From contig NC_087447.1 in NCBI RefSeq assembly GCF_036321535.1, positions 248,001-312,000 on the forward strand: a DNA stretch of 64,000 nucleotides, given 5' to 3'. A model generated the notes under the pieces. That model searched no databases. It was given only the letters and a program-made list of their open reading frames with translations, and was not told the DNA's origin. Made by a program: the position numbers and the translations under genes. Position 1 is the first letter of the stretch. Every line of letters starts with the position of its first letter. Origin of the DNA: Camelus dromedarius (taxonomy: Eukaryota). This document shows, piece after piece, positions 35,601 to 47,734 of this stretch.

Positions 35601-38600
35601 GAGGTGTTGGGTGCCTGAGAGGCAGGGGATAATGTCCAGGGAGAGGCATTCAGTCTGGAGAAAGTAAGTCGGGACCCAAATCCAGGGAGTTGACCTCAGA
35701 GTCTGGTAGTGATGTCTGGGAGGGTCCTCTCATCCTCTCCAAATCCTGCCCACCCTTTAAGGCTGCCTTCTATTCTCCATCTGGGGGACACAGTCACATG
35801 TACCTTCAGACACTCCCAAGAGGTGAGAACTGTCATTTTTCTTTATCACAGACATGGAAACTGAGGCACAGACCCCTGCCCCTGGGGCCTCTGTCCTGAG
35901 ACCACGCCTGGGAGCCTGGCTGCCTGTCTAGGACAGGCATGTGGTGGGTGGGGGTCCTTCTGGCCCCAGCTGTGGGCCAGCCTCTCACCTGGTGGTGGCT
36001 AGGATGAGAGTTGGCTTGGCCAGCTCCACTCTGGGCGCAGGCCCCTCGGGCTCCGTGAGAAGTGTGCAGTACAGGTCAAAGAGCCTGCTGTCAGCTCGGA
36101 TCCCAAAGAACATCTTCTCCTGGTCCTCCATCACCTGACGGTGTGGCAGCATGGGGCCCTCTACTCCACCTTGGGACCCTCCCCGTCATCCAAGCCCAGT
36201 GGCCTGTCGCCTCTAACTCAGGCACAAGGCCACAGACCACTCTCCAGACGCCTCCCCAGGACCCATCCAGCCCCCATGACACCTGCACCCACGTGAGGCC
36301 CCCAGCCGGCCCACCTTGTAGTAGAAACCCTTTGTCTTGAGCTCTTCCAGGAACTGCTGCTGCTGGTAGACCTGCCTGGGGTTTCTCTGGGTGCGAAGAT
36401 TGGCCACAAGGACATAATCCCACTGCTCAGAGGCCTCAGTCTGGAGAAGGAGGTGTGGGGGGTGGGGCTGGGACCAGGGCAGGCCGGGTGCAGGGCATGG
36501 GGGAGTGGGTGGCAGCAAGCCCAGGACGTGTCAGAGTGGAGACTCACTTCACAAGTATTGATTTCCATCAGTGGGAAGCTGTCCCCTTCCGTCCCCACCA
36601 GGATCCGGAGGCTCTCTTCACCCTTGGGGGAGCAGACAGAGATGGGGCTCATCACTGCAGCAGGGTGCCTCCCGGCCCAGGTGCTCCAGGACCAAAGGGG
36701 TTAAAACGTGAAGCTGGGGTGGGGGTGGGAGTTGGTGGGTGGGGACTGAGTGCTTGCACTGAGGCTACAGCCCAAACAACAGGCAGAATTTTATGTGGAA
36801 ATATATACAGAGCGCTCCCGGGATCCATAAGGAAAGGCAGCCTAAAATGGGCCAGAGGTGGGAGTCTGCCCTTCACAGAGGTGGAGCCCTCAGAAGGCGA
36901 AGACAGAGCCATCAGGGAAAGACTGGTCAGGTGACCAAAGGGACACCACCTTCTACCCATTTGGTAGCAGACATTTTACTGGTCAGACAGCTTCAAAAGC
37001 CTGGGTGACCTATAAAAATATTGCATCACTATGTAGTACACCTGAAACTAACGCAAGATGGTAAATCAAGTATACGCAAAAAAAAAAAAGCCCACGCAAG
37101 TCAGCAGGATCCCCATGTGTCGCACAGGCACATGCACCGGTGCGTGAATCTGGGGAACAAAGCTGAACATTCTAGACACCACGGTCTGCCACCATTGGCG
37201 AAGTTCCAGGGAGCTCAGAGTAGCATGTTCCATATCAGAATTGTAGAAGTAAACTAAATTCCCATCGACAGGCAGGTGGACAGACACTGCTGTCCCCACA
37301 CACTACAGGATCGTGAGTGGGCCACAGCCGCACGCGGGCCCTGGGCCAACGTGACTCGGCAGGCACTGAGTTTCCTAAAAGTATGTCTGGTGCGGACAGT
37401 GTAGGAGTGACCGCTGCAGCTATATCCGGGACGGATGACGGCCACTGAAGTCAGCGGGCAGAACCTGGAGGGGGAGGTGGATCTGTGCGCAGCCCCTGAG
37501 CCTCCCCGCCTGACTGTTAGTGATTGTGGCAGCTGTGGGAACATCACTCATTCCTCCACACTCCCCTCTGGGAGGTGGAGTGTCATCCTCCCTTGCTGAG
37601 CGGTTGAGTGTGAGCTGGACTCAGTGACTAATGGAGAAAGTGTGGAGGGGAAAAGGAGTCACTTTACAGAGGAACCTGGCAGATGCCCCCAACCCAGGTG
37701 GTGAAGGTCAAGGTCACGGTGATGTCATTCAGATGTCAGGGGCCCCCTGCCAGAATGTGACATAACGTATGAGATTCCCCACCCGAAACCCACAGCCCTG
37801 TCTTGGCGTGAGAAGATGTCAGGGGAACTTTCATCAGAGCCCGAGCAGACAGGTCAGATGGCCACGGTCAGGGAGGGACAGGGGGCCATGGAGACGTGAG
37901 GGGGAGTGCCGGAGGGCTCCTGCAGGTCGGTGGGGGGGTGCAGGGCACAGGGAACCCGGCACCCACTGTCTCTACAACTCTATAGGAATGCTTACAGACA
38001 GAGGGACAGGAGGATGTGGGAAAGCACACAAGCAGGAGAGCGGGGAGGGAGGGTATTGTGATTGGCATCCAGGTCAGGGCGGAGGGGTGGGGGCGGGTCT
38101 TGGGGCCTCATTTACTCCCAGTGAGAAACAGCAGGCTCTGAGGGCCTGAGACAAAGTGACCCAGGGCCCCTTCTCTGGAAGAGCCACGCGTCTGAAGGAG
38201 GTGGGGGACAAAGGCAAACAGTCAGAGCAGGCCATGTGGGGTGGGGGGAGAGCCCTGGGGCCAAGGTGAGGGGAAAGGGGGTAGCTTTGGAGCCAAGAGC
38301 CCAGCAGACGCCTAGGCTGCTTGTCCTCGGGCGAGATCCCACCTCTCCCAGCCTCAGGCAATGATGGTGTCTGCCCCATGGCTGGAGGTGATGCATGAAG
38401 CTTCCTGTGGCCCCAGTACAGAGCTGACCAACCTGTGTGCTTGTGAAGAGGGACCCCACCTGTGTCCCAGCTAGCAGCCCCCAGGGAGGCTCAGGGACCC
38501 CAGAAGGACAGGGACCCTGCATGGTCCCCAGGGGAAGGATTCGCGGAGCACCCTGAGAACCACGTCCACTGGAGCTCCCGCCTTGCCCTGAGTGGTTTGG

Positions 38601-41600
38601 ACGCCACCAGCCCCACGGTGGCCCCCACTGGCCCTGGGCTTTGTAGTGGCCTCCTGCCAGCCTACCACCCCCTACCACCCCACGGTGGCCCCAGCCCCTC
38701 TCCTGGCTCCCAGGGCATCACACCCTACCCCAGTCACCCCAGTTCTCTCTGCCCTGCCCACCATCAGGGCTTTGCCCCTGCTGGTCCCCCCACCTGCTCT
38801 GCCTTCTCTGCCCAACCACATTCCTGCCTAGCTCAAGACCGGCCTCCTCCAGAAAGCCTCCCTGGACTGCTCCAGCCAGTCTGCCCTTGAGGGCTGCCGG
38901 GTAAAGTCAGGCCACCCAGTCATATGCAATAAGTGGGACATACTTATACTTTAAAAAAAAAATTGTTGTTTATGTGAAAATCAATTTAACTAGATGCCTG
39001 TTTTTTATTTTGTTTCGCTAAATCTGCAGTGCCACTCCCACCTCCCACCTCCCCCATAAACACCAGAAACTGTGGGGTCCAGGACCAGGCCTGAGTCTGC
39101 CCCCTCCGCCGTCTCAATCACAGAAGCCAAGAAATGCATCAAATCCAACCACAGAACAGCAAACTCTAGGTCATTGGACACCAAGTCATGGGGCTAACGT
39201 AGACACGGTCTTTGTGGCCTGAAGACGCGGTGTAGCCCCACCTGGGTGCTGAGATTCTGGCCCCAGCAGCTGTGGGGCTCACCAGGCCCACTGTCCCCGC
39301 CTCCCTAGAGTGCCACCAGCCCTCCTCCGACAGCACCCCGCTCCTGCTCCGGCTCCAGGCCCCTGCCCTCCCACTGCCCACAGAGGTCTGCACGCAGGAT
39401 GACTGGGTCTCCTCTGGTCTCCAGCCAGAGGAGGAAGCTGCATTCTTAGACAGGTGCATAGTGGCGGGGGGGGGGGGGGCGGGGGGGCGGGGCCGGCCTG
39501 GGCCAAGCGCCTCTGTCTCGGGGAGAAAAGCAGAGTTTCAGGTAGCTGGGGACAGGGCCATGTGCGTCCCCCACAGCCTGATCTGTGCCTTGCCCACCGC
39601 AGGGCCTAAGTGCCATGCTGGACAATTTGTGAGTGGGGCTGATCCTCGTTGGCCCTCGGACCTCTTCCTCAGGCCCAGGACCTCCTGCAGGAGGACCCTT
39701 TGAGGGTCCCTTGGGGGCAGTCCCACAGAGGCTGAAAGGAGAGGCTCCCACACGTTAGCGCCAGCCTGAAGCTGAAGACATTTGCCGAGGGGACCCCAAG
39801 GTGGAAAAGGGCGGCACAGGGAAGCCAGACTGGGCAGGACTTTGGGATCCGGACAGGAGGAGAGAGCCTGAGGAAGAGGACTGGGGAGAGGGAGGCTGGC
39901 CCTCAGATGGCCCCAGAAATGGTGCTGCTAGACCTGGTGCAGCTCTGGGGTCCCCCACCATGAACATCACACAGCTCTGGGATGTGACCTGGACCAGAGT
40001 CACTGACCCCCAACATTAATTCAGGCCACTGGACAGGGAGACACAGAGATACCCCCCGGGTCCCCTGGTCGTGACCTGGTCACCCCTCGGCAATGGGCCA
40101 GCAGTCACAGGGGCAGCCAAACCAGATCCCCTGGCCCAGCCCTAGTCAAGCTACCCCACACCCCACAGCCAGATGGGAGCAGGTTCTGAGACTGCTTCCC
40201 GCACACTCTGGGCTCACCAGCCCCACCCCCAGGCCAACTGCTACATGCGGGGCCCCTCTCTGGGCCACAGCCACAGCCCCAGTCTCTAGATCAGGCTGTC
40301 CACCTGCCCACCTGTCCCCCAGAGAGAGAGACCTTCACGGATGGGAGCCAGGCTCATCTGAAGTCGCCCCCACCTTCAGCCAAGCCGACTGCTCAGTGCA
40401 CCCGAAACAAGGGGTCTGGGACCCCTGTGTCCCATCCATCAGGCCCCACCTCCAGGAAGCCACATGTGCCCATCAGGCTCCCAGACCCAGGGCAGGAGGA
40501 GCTACCCCAGCAGACTCGGTGCTGGGGATCCCAGCCCTGCCACATGCAGACCCCCGGCAAGCTCCTGCAGGTGGGCAGGGGGGTGTGGGCTCTGGGCACC
40601 CAGCTCTGGGCTCTCTGTTGCCCTCCCTTCACCTTCCAGCCCCAACCCCTACCAGCCACACACCCAGCAGGCCGGGGCCAGAGTCCCAGGGGGCTCACTT
40701 ACTGGTTCCAGATGAGGAAACTTCTTAAGATGCTGCAGTTCCTGGGAGACCTTCCCAGCCTTGGGGATCTGAGCTGGGGGAGTCCTGCCTCTGTCCGTCC
40801 CTCCCCAGTCCAGCTTCCAGGTCACTGGCGGAGGCCATGGAGGCCATCGTGCAGGTGTGACTGCCGCCCAGCTCATGACCAGTCCTGGCCCAGTGTGCTC
40901 CGTGGAGCACACACATGGGACATCACCCCAGCTGCATACGGCACACATGGACCTCCCCTCATTGTTCAGGGCCTCCTCCCTCTGAGGGTCAACCCACAGG
41001 CCTGGACCATGCTCTGGGCCCACCTGGCTGGGCCCCAGGAGCACGTTGCAGTTGCAGCGGCCATCCCACCCCCACCAAAGAGCACAAACACGGAGAGGCC
41101 CACCCTTGCTTGCTGGGCCCCTGACCCCTTCCTGAGCAAACCCCCTACCTGGCGTTGCCTCCTGAGCTCTGAACCTCGTCGTCTGCCCCTCACCCTCCTT
41201 CAGCCCCTCCTGCCCTCCATCCCTTCTGCTGTCCATCTGTCTCAATTGTCATCCTTCCACATGCCTGTCCATTCATCCACCCCAGACACCAATGATGCGG
41301 CCGGCTCTGGGTGCAGCCCTCACGGGCCGTGCACGGTGTGAGTGGACATAGGGGCCTGGAGCGGCAGGTGCCTCCTCGGCAGGGAGGCAGCCTAGAGCTT
41401 GGCCTTGTAGTGTGGCCAGGCCCTGAGGGGCAGCGTGCAGTTGGTGTCCAGGGACTCGGTACTGAGTACCTTCCAGAGACTCCGTACTCAGCACCTCTAA
41501 GGACTTGGCACTCAGCACCTCCCGGGATTTGGTAGTATGCCCAGGGATTCAGTACGCAGCACTCCAGCTTTGCAGAAGCACAAAGGGCAAGAAGGCAGCT

Positions 41601-42601
41601 GCCAGGAGGTGAGACTGGGGGTTGGCAGAAGCCAGATCACAGAGGGCTGCTCAGGCAGCTGGGGGACCTGGACTTGAGCTGGGGCCACAGGGAGCCTGGA
41701 AAGGACTTGAGTGGCGGAAGGGCCACCAGGTTCGCTGCTGTCTGCAACAATCCTTTTCTAAGGATTGATTCTCTTGCCTCAGTCAAACCAAGTGCTTCCT
41801 CACCCTACTCCCCGACCCCCAGCCACCAGCCCCAGTCTCTCTTCCACCCCAGCACAGGGCTGCATGGGAGGGAGGGGCAGGCCAAGGTGTGCTCACATGC
41901 TCGCCTGAGCAGCCAGGGCTCCAGAGCTGGTTCTGGAAGGGCCCAGAGGGCCTTGGGCAGAGGCAGAGTGAGAGGCCACCTGTTTGGCCCACACCCGAGT
42001 GCCCTGAGGAGGGTGAGTGGGAGGCTGGTTTCGTTCTCCACCTGAGCACGGGTCTCCTCCCAGGGACGCCCAGACACAGCCCTGGGTGCAGAGACCTCTC
42101 CCCTGGCAGAGGGAAGAAGGGAAGTCTTCCTAGGGTGTTCTCCTGCCTACCAGCCTCCTGCTCTGCCCCCAGAGGCAGAATCCAGCAGCCCTTGGCAGAC
42201 CCCCGGGGAGTAGGGGCCCAGCTGGCCACCCTGGGCCTCCCCAGCCCAAAGTCAGCCCACCCTGGAGGCCACATCCCACTCCCCTCAGGGCAGAGCTGCA
42301 AGGTCTGGGGTCCCCACCCTTCCGCCCAGCTCAAGGCCCCGGGGGTGGCATGCCTTCTGTATCTAAGCCCCCTCACTCACTAAGAGCCCCGCTGGACAGG
42401 AGAAAGCTGCCCTCCTCTGTCCTTCCCCAGTCCCAGCTGGCTGGGAGCTCTGGCCAGGCTCTGACCTGCCTCATTGCAGGGCGGGCTGGAGGGGACCCCC
42501 ACAGGCACTTTCCAAGTGAGGCAGGCAGAGCTGGCAGGAGGGACCTCAGGCGAGGACCCCTGCCCAGGTGGGTGTGGCCACAGGCTCAGACTCACCTGCA
42601 T
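23646..42601 (-). CDS. ANO9: Anoctamin-9 (TMEM16J), 748 aa, 24 coding exons
   Basis: Exons 42596-42601 (ATGCAG), 36548-36622, 36315-36440, 35989-36134, 34782-34828, 34612-34670, 34457-34530, 34118-34252, 33830-33926, 33593-33653, 33401-33483, 33156-33260, 32912-33067, 32795-32831, 32491-32602, 26477-26534, 26285-26382, 25994-26133, 25758-25910, 24820-24967, 24151-24252, 23986-24079, 23757-23869, 23646-23667. All GT-AG, phases consistent, total 2247 nt. Motifs: [66 protein letters not shown]. Confidence 0.96.
26880..27230 (+). mobile_element. Ancient L1 (L1M-type) ORF2/RT remnant, ANO9 intron 15
   Basis: TTAGAAAATATGATTATGTATCTGGAAAACCAAAATAAATCAAC..GGATACAAAATTGATAT is a decayed version of the ORF2 segment FADDMIVYLENPKEST..GYKINIQ. 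Confidence 0.7.
27252..27512 (+). mobile_element. MLT1-type (MaLR) LTR fragment
   Basis: Starts TGTGG..AATGACAGGCCCTCAAAGACATCCAC; contains AAGGTTGCTAATGAGCTGACCTTAAA..ATCCTGGATT and GACTTTGAAGA..CCAAGGAATTCAGGCAGC, typical of MLT1D/E/F. Confidence 0.75.
27975..28125 (+). mobile_element. MIR SINE
   Basis: GCCACCTGCTGACTATGTGACC..TTAACCTCACTGTGCCT..CTGTAAAATGGGGACA..TAGGGCTGTTGTG. Confidence 0.75.
28481..28650 (+). mobile_element. Younger 5'-truncated L1 3' end with poly(A)
   Basis: CAGGGAACTATATTCAATATCTTGTAATAACCTTTAATGGAAAAGAATCTGAAAA..GTACACCAGAAATCGACACATTGTAACTG followed by an A-rich tail; laurasiatherian-type L1 3' UTR. Confidence 0.85.
28650..30690 (+). mobile_element. Scattered ancient L1 (L1ME-like) 5'/ORF1 remnants
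   Basis: Strongly A/G-skewed decayed tracts (for example 28650-29650 and 30330-30690) in an otherwise GC-rich gene. Boundaries are approximate. Confidence 0.4.
30880..31195 (-). mobile_element. L2 LINE fragment
   Basis: GGAAGTGTCAAGCAGGCAGCTGGATCTATGAGTCTGGA..GAGAGGTCCGGGCTGGAGA resembles the L2 antisense consensus. Confidence 0.6.
31990..32420 (+). mobile_element. Ancient L1 (L1ME-like) 3' end
   Basis: AAAACTGGAGTTAACCCAAATGTCCACCAACTGAAGTGGTTAAATAAACT.. matches the L1M 3' region. Confidence 0.6.
33999..34112. repeat. 2.3-copy 48/49-bp C-rich tandem repeat, ANO9 intron 8
   Basis: Unit CCCTGACTCCGCCCCAC(A/T)CCAGCCCCGCCCACACC(G/C)GG(C/T)CCCAC..TT begins at 33999, 34047 and 34096 (partial). 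Confidence 0.85.
35158..35285 (-). mobile_element. MIR SINE
   Basis: CCATTTTGCTTATGGGGAGATGGAGGCTCAGA..GAGTAACTTGGCCAAGGCCACACAGCCAGGAAGTGGCA. Confidence 0.75.
37002..37085 (+). mobile_element. Short L1 3' terminus with poly(A) and 7-bp TSD
   Basis: ATCACTATGTAGTACACCTGAAACTAACGCAAGATGGTAAATCAAGTATAC plus an A-run, flanked by AAAAGCC at 36995-37001 and 37086-37092; TTC/AAAA endonuclease-type site. Confidence 0.8.
37093..37830 (+). mobile_element. Ancient L1MC/MD-like 3' region
   Basis: AAATTCCCATCGACAGGCAGGTGGACA.. and GGAGGTGGAG..GAGTGTGAGCTGGACTCAGTGACT..ACTTTACAGAGGAACCTGGCA..GGTCAAGGTCA follow the L1MC 3' UTR pattern. Confidence 0.6.
38890..39033. mobile_element. MER53-like hAT DNA transposon (internally deleted)
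   Basis: AGGGCTGCCGGGTAAAGTCAGGCCACCCAGT..GGGACATACTTATACT..TTGTTGTTTATGTGAAAATCAATTTAACTAGATGCCTG..GCTAAATCTG matches the palindromic MER53 consensus as recalled. Confidence 0.75.
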
Positions 42602-43944
42602 GCTGGTGGCCAAGGTGCAGCGCCGATGGGAACTGGAGTGTGGCTGTGAGACCGCCCAGTGCTCTTACCTGACTTCCGCATGGGACTCACCCCTCCCTCC
42701 TTCCTCCTTGTTCTCCTGCTCAGGTTCCTGCGCTGCCAGTGCAGCCAGGGAGGAGCCAGTGGCCCGTGGGCCGGAAGGCACACCCCTCACCCCAGGCCCC
42801 ATGGCCTAGGACACCTTCCTGTGGACCCCTCCCCCAACCAGAAGCTATCACCCTCAGTTGCAGAAGGGTGGCTCCCCGGCTCCCTGGCTCCCCGGTAACT
42901 CGGTGTTAGGTTGGAATCCTCTTCAGAGGGAGGGGGCATCTGCGCATTCTCCATGTCTCCCTCTCCCTGAGGACCTTCACTCTTCCTGACCCCAGGGCAC
43001 ACCCTCCCTAGGGGCCCCTCCAGAGCACCCAACCTCCAACCCTCCCAAGTCCAGTGCTGACTCCCTTAGAGGGGAAACTGGGGCCTGCAGGATTGAGGAT
43101 GAGCCAGACCCCAGGAGAAAACAGTCTCCTCCCACCCTGAGCCCCGGCTATGTGGAGCTCAGCTCAGGGAGGAGAGCCCTCAGGGCCCTGAGGACAGGCG
43201 GCTGTCCCTGGGCCGTATGGAAGTCTGAGAGGGCAGCTCTGCCACACCCTGTGGTCTGAGGGCAGCAGCTGGAGAAGGCTCTGGGCCATGTACCTGACTA
43301 TCCTCTGGGACAGCTGACTGCCCCCAACAGGGAAGTCGGGTATCTGGGCTCCAAAGTCTGCTGGGAAGCTGAGGACACAGGGCCTGAGCTCAGCAGCAGA
43401 GGTGTGTGGAAATCCTGAGCAGCAAGGGGCAGCTGGAGGAGAGCAGGGAGCACCCACAGTGTCACCGCAAGCACATGGACCCACCACATGGTTCAAAATG
43501 GCTGCTCAAGCTCCAGGCATCACATCCACATCTGAGCAGGAAGAGCAAAGGATGAAGGAGGGGTGCTTCACCTGCGCGTGGTTAGTCACATGGCCAGTCA
43601 CCCGGCCGTACCTTATTGCAAGAAGGCCTGGGCAGTGTGATCACTTTTCCTAAGAAGAAGGTGGAAGGACCCCAGGGCCACTTGGCAACCTCTGTCCCCG
43701 GCCAGGGGGCCTCGAATGCTGTGCTAGCTCTCAGGGACAGTCAGCAGGGCTCTGAGCGTGAGTAACCGACCTCAGGATCCGCATTACCGACCAGCGCCTG
43801 GACTGTCCATCTCAGCCTGCTCAGGACAGTCTGCATTCACACTTTCATTGCGTTAAAACAACCCACTAGCACCCCAGACTCGAACATCATCGCAAGAGCC
43901 TACACGGCTGTTCTCTTTTTCAGTGTCTTTATTCAGCATTCCCA

Positions 43945-44034
43945 TTTTTTTTCTTTTAAAGAGAGGTATTGGGGATTAAACCCAGGACTTCATGCATGCT
44001 AGGCACGTGCTCTACCACTGACTATACGCCCCCC
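43945..44034 (-). mobile_element. Vic-1-like camelid tRNA-derived SINE
   Basis: Reverse complement reads GGGGGGCGTATAGTCAGTGGTAGAGCACGTGCCTAGCATGCATGAAGTCCTGGGTTTAATCCCCAATACCTC plus an A-rich tail (A and B boxes, no CCA-type tRNA end). Confidence 0.8.
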
Positions 44035-44439
44035 ACCCCCCAGCAGTCCCAATTTTAATGCCACAGAAACACTGCTTCTTCCCATTCCCACCTTCCAAGG
44101 GTGTCAGGGAACCTGAATGATATACAGCAGCCTTGCTTCTCAAGAGCCCGCACGTGGCCCTTGGGGCAAAGGCAGCATGCCCAGCCTGGCCTCACCCCAC
44201 AGGGGACGTTCCCCTACTTGTAACGAAGGATGGAAAGTAAGAGTGAATCTCATCCAGTCCTCTCTGGAGAGGAAACCCTTTTGGAAAGCAGTTCGGCAAT
44301 AAGAATCAAAAGCCTTGAAATTGTTTATACTTTGGTCCATTAATTTAACTTTCTGTGAACTGTCCTAAGAAAAAACCCAAAATAATGGAAGTAAGTATAA
44401 ATATGTCCTTTGAGGCAAAAGTTATAAACCACGCAGATG

Positions 44440-44720
44440 ACCAACCATGGGGAAACGTCTGAGCAAGCATGGCGTAGTCACACGCTGATTAGGCAGCCGT
44501 TCAGAATGCTGCCTTCAGAGTCACAGCTCCCTATGAGAACACAGGGAGACGCGTATGTTACACTGTGAGGTGAAAAAACTTAGATTGTAAACACGTGTAC
44601 ATTCTTCATCTCAACTAAGTTAAAGTGCATTAAAATACCGGATGTTTACATTTGCATGTGGATGGTAGAATTGTGATTTTCTTCCTGTGGTTTGCTTTTT
44701 TTGAACTTTCTAGAAAACAC
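44440..44720 (+). mobile_element. Ancient L1ME-like 3' end
   Basis: AACCATGGGGAAACGTCTGAGCAAGCATGGCGTAGTCAC..ACACTGTGAGGTGAAAAAA.. is a decayed L1ME 3' pattern. Confidence 0.5.
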
Positions 44721-46062
44721 ATCTCTTTCGTAAACTTTATAATCATATTAGTCTGTTATTACGAACTTCGCTTCCCCCAGACTCAGCCGTGCTCTCTGGT
44801 TTTGAGAACTCCTGGTGAAGAAGCCACACCCAGCACAGGCACCACGGCTGTTGGTGGAGCTGACCCTGCCCTGCCTGGGCACCCACGTGGGCCTCCTGCT
44901 CTTCCCCTGTGAACCCTGGCCCCTGGCCCCTCTCCCTCCTCCTCCCAGTCTGGAGAACCCTGCTCACCTGGTGTCTTCCCTGAGAGCCAAAGTGCAGCAC
45001 GGTCTCCAGGGCACCTCGGGTCCTTTAAACTGGGGATGGGGGGGCCAGCGGCCACCCCGAGGGAGAGGTCAGAAGGACAAGTTCACCAAGCTTGCCCCAG
45101 GTGAAATTCCACAGGCAGGAGCGAGCACTGCTCACCCTCACGTGGGGAATCTGTCCTCCCAACCCCGATGGCCTGAAGTGGCCAGAGACCCTCTGGTGTC
45201 CCGCTGAGGACGCTGCTCTGGGGCGTGCAGCCTGGTCAGCTAGGGCTGGGGCCTCCCGAGTCCTCTCCAGGCTGTTTCCAGGCGCTTCTCCAGCTGACAC
45301 GTCCTCTCTGGGGCTGCAGACCTCCCTGGCCCCAGGTCCTGCAGGGGAGACCCCTCTCCCAGGTTGGGCCTCTGCCTCTCTGGTCTGCAAGCAGCTGGCC
45401 ATGACTGGCATACCAAGATGGCAGCGGGGTGGGGACCCAGGCCCCTGATGTCCTCACCCTAGGGACACTTCTGTCTCCCTGCTGCCCCCCACCAATGCCT
45501 CTGGGCCTTAAATTTCCACCAGTTCCTGTTTTCTGTCTTAGGGAGCAGAGAGCTGATCTTGGCTCTGCGGTCCCCAGTCCTCACCACCCTGAGAAAACTC
45601 CCAAGTGGCAGGTGTGGTGGGTGGAGTTCTCTGTAACCCCTCACCTTTACAGATTTACCACTCCAGTGGAAAATAGCAGTCATTGCTCCTTTACAAGTCC
45701 GCAGCTTTTTTTCACTTCCCTGCCAGGGAAGCATTTCTGCCAATACTTACTCTATTTACCACCATAGATGTGTCCTGCAGGCCTAAGGGAACCTTGGGAT
45801 CAGAGGCCAGGCCACGCCCACATGAACTTCCACCTGGCTCTTTGAGGTGTGGTCTGGGGACTCCAGCTATCCCTGAGCAGGGCCAGATCAGGCCACCTTT
45901 AAAGTCCCTGGCCTCACTCTGGCAGCTGAGGAAGGTCAGGGTCTCTGCGCCCTCCCTCAGGTGTGGGGGACCCCGAGGTCCGGCTGTCTGGGGCAGCCCC
46001 ACACGTCCCCAGGACCACAGTGGACTATGTCCTCAAAGCTGTTCTACGACTCGTCACTCCTG

Positions 46063-46427
46063 TGTCAACTTTTAAAAATGAAATAGCCAACAGTTTATTT
46101 TACCAGCAAATTGAGTTTATCCAGGAATGGCAAAGCAATTGCAGCTCTGGAAACACAAACTATGACCAACTGCAGTTAAGTCTGGAGAGGGACCGTGGCT
46201 TCACTGGGAGGGGCTGCTTTGAACTGGAGGGTGGGGGCAGGGAGAGTGCAGGCTGCCCCTCGCGGCTGCGTGGTGGTAGTTCTCACTGGCTGGGCTGTTG
46301 CTGGCAGGATGACAGGGGCTTAAGTGTCATCCTGCCCTGGAATGTAAAGTAAGGTACAGGCACGAGAGCGCCCCCTTCAGGGCTCCCCGACTGTTTTAAA
46401 TCATGTTTCCCTTTATTAATTTTCACA
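46063..46427 (-). mobile_element. Solo ERV1-class LTR, same family as the provirus at 48230-54615
   Basis: On - it starts TGTGAAAATTAATAAAGGG and ends GCCATTCCTGGATAAACTCAATTTGCTGGTAAAATAAACTG..AAGTTGACA, matching the provirus LTR ends. Perfect 4-bp TSD CCTG at 46059-46062 and 46428-46431. Confidence 0.85.
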
Positions 46428-46679
46428 CCTGCCACCTGGCCACTTGAGCCACAAACTATGATGGGTCTCAGAGGTGCCCTGCCCCCTCACGCTTGGGCCT
46501 GTCTCCAAGTCTTGCAGTGGGAGGGGTGAGAGAGGCTGAAGCATAGTGGTCTGGACAGGGACTGCATGGAGGTGAGACCTAGCTATCAGGCCCCAGGTGC
46601 AGTGCTGCAGGTGGAGGGGTCCCTGCAGAGTGCACAGCTCTGGGGGAGGAGAAGGGGCTGGGCATGTGAGTCTCCAACA

Positions 46680-46805
46680 TTTCTGTGCCTCAGTTCCTTA
46701 TCTCTAAACCGGAGAGAAAAACAGAACCTGAGGGATGTAAAGATGACAGTAATTACCACCTGCAAAGCTCTTGGGAGCTCTCCTTGGCACGTGGCCAGCG
46801 CTCCG
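46680..46805 (+). mobile_element. MIR SINE fragment
   Basis: TTCTGTGCCTCAGTTCCTTATCTCTAAA..CCTGCAAAGCTCTT..CTTGGCACGTGGCCAGCGCTC. Confidence 0.55.
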
Positions 46806-47734
46806 GAGTCCAGCCCCTGGCAGAGGGTGCCTGCCCCGCCTCAGGCCTGGCCTTGCCCCTACGTGGCCACACCCCATCTCACCCCCAGTCCCACCCCTCC
46901 AGTCCCACTCCTGCCACCCCAGCTGGTCCTGAGCCCAGGGCAGCACCCTCGACCCCAGGGTACATCTCCACCCTGGGCCTCTGCACCACGGGGAGGTGGC
47001 CGTGGCCCCACTCGGCCTCAGGAGTTGGGCGCAGTTTGGGGGAAATACCTGTCCCTAGGAAATTATCCCAACGGCACCAAGATGCACCTGGAATGTGAGT
47101 CCCGCCCCTGGGTGGGATAAGAGGGGCCCTGAAGGATGGCTCCAGGCCCCAAGGGCAGGAGAGGTGGGAACCAGGCCTGTGGGGTGCTTGCTTGAAACAT
47201 GGGGTAGGCAGAAGGGGCCTTCTCTGGGCACTTCCTGATCAGGGGTTCAGCATCACAGCCCTGGGCAAAGTGGGTTCCAATGCATCAGTCTGTGTAGACC
47301 AGCGCCATGGGGACCACATGTCCCAGTCCCCTAAAACGCAGCCAGGTGATGCCAACCTCATCAAGACTCCCTATGGCTTTCAGGATGGAGACCAATGTCC
47401 AGCCCCAGCTTCCTCTCCAGCCTCAATTCCACTCACTGGCACATACACTTACACACACACTTGAGGATGGCCACAGTGAAACTGACTCTGCAGGCACCCT
47501 GAGGACCCCAAGTTGATGGGGCCCTGGGATAGGGGTGGGCTCAGGGGCAGGCAGAGGGCATCAGCCAGGCCTGGGAAGTCCTAACAGCACACCTCCTGGG
47601 GCCGGCATTTCCTGGCACATCTGTTGGACTGTGGACTATTCAGAGACCACACATTGTGGTCAAGAGCTGAAACTCAGAGTCACATCACAATCAGGCCCCA
47701 TGCCTGTTGGGAGGGGCTGCAAAGGTGGGGCCAG

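Noticed and set aside
43945-44034. tRNA-like sequences here and at 49727-49868
   Set aside because: They have A/B boxes but also A-rich tails and (for the second) TSDs, and lack a complete cloverleaf. They are SINEs, not tRNA genes.
42700-47700. ORFs in the ANO9-provirus intergenic region
   Set aside because: Short, low-complexity or repeat-derived; no splice-consistent gene model found.
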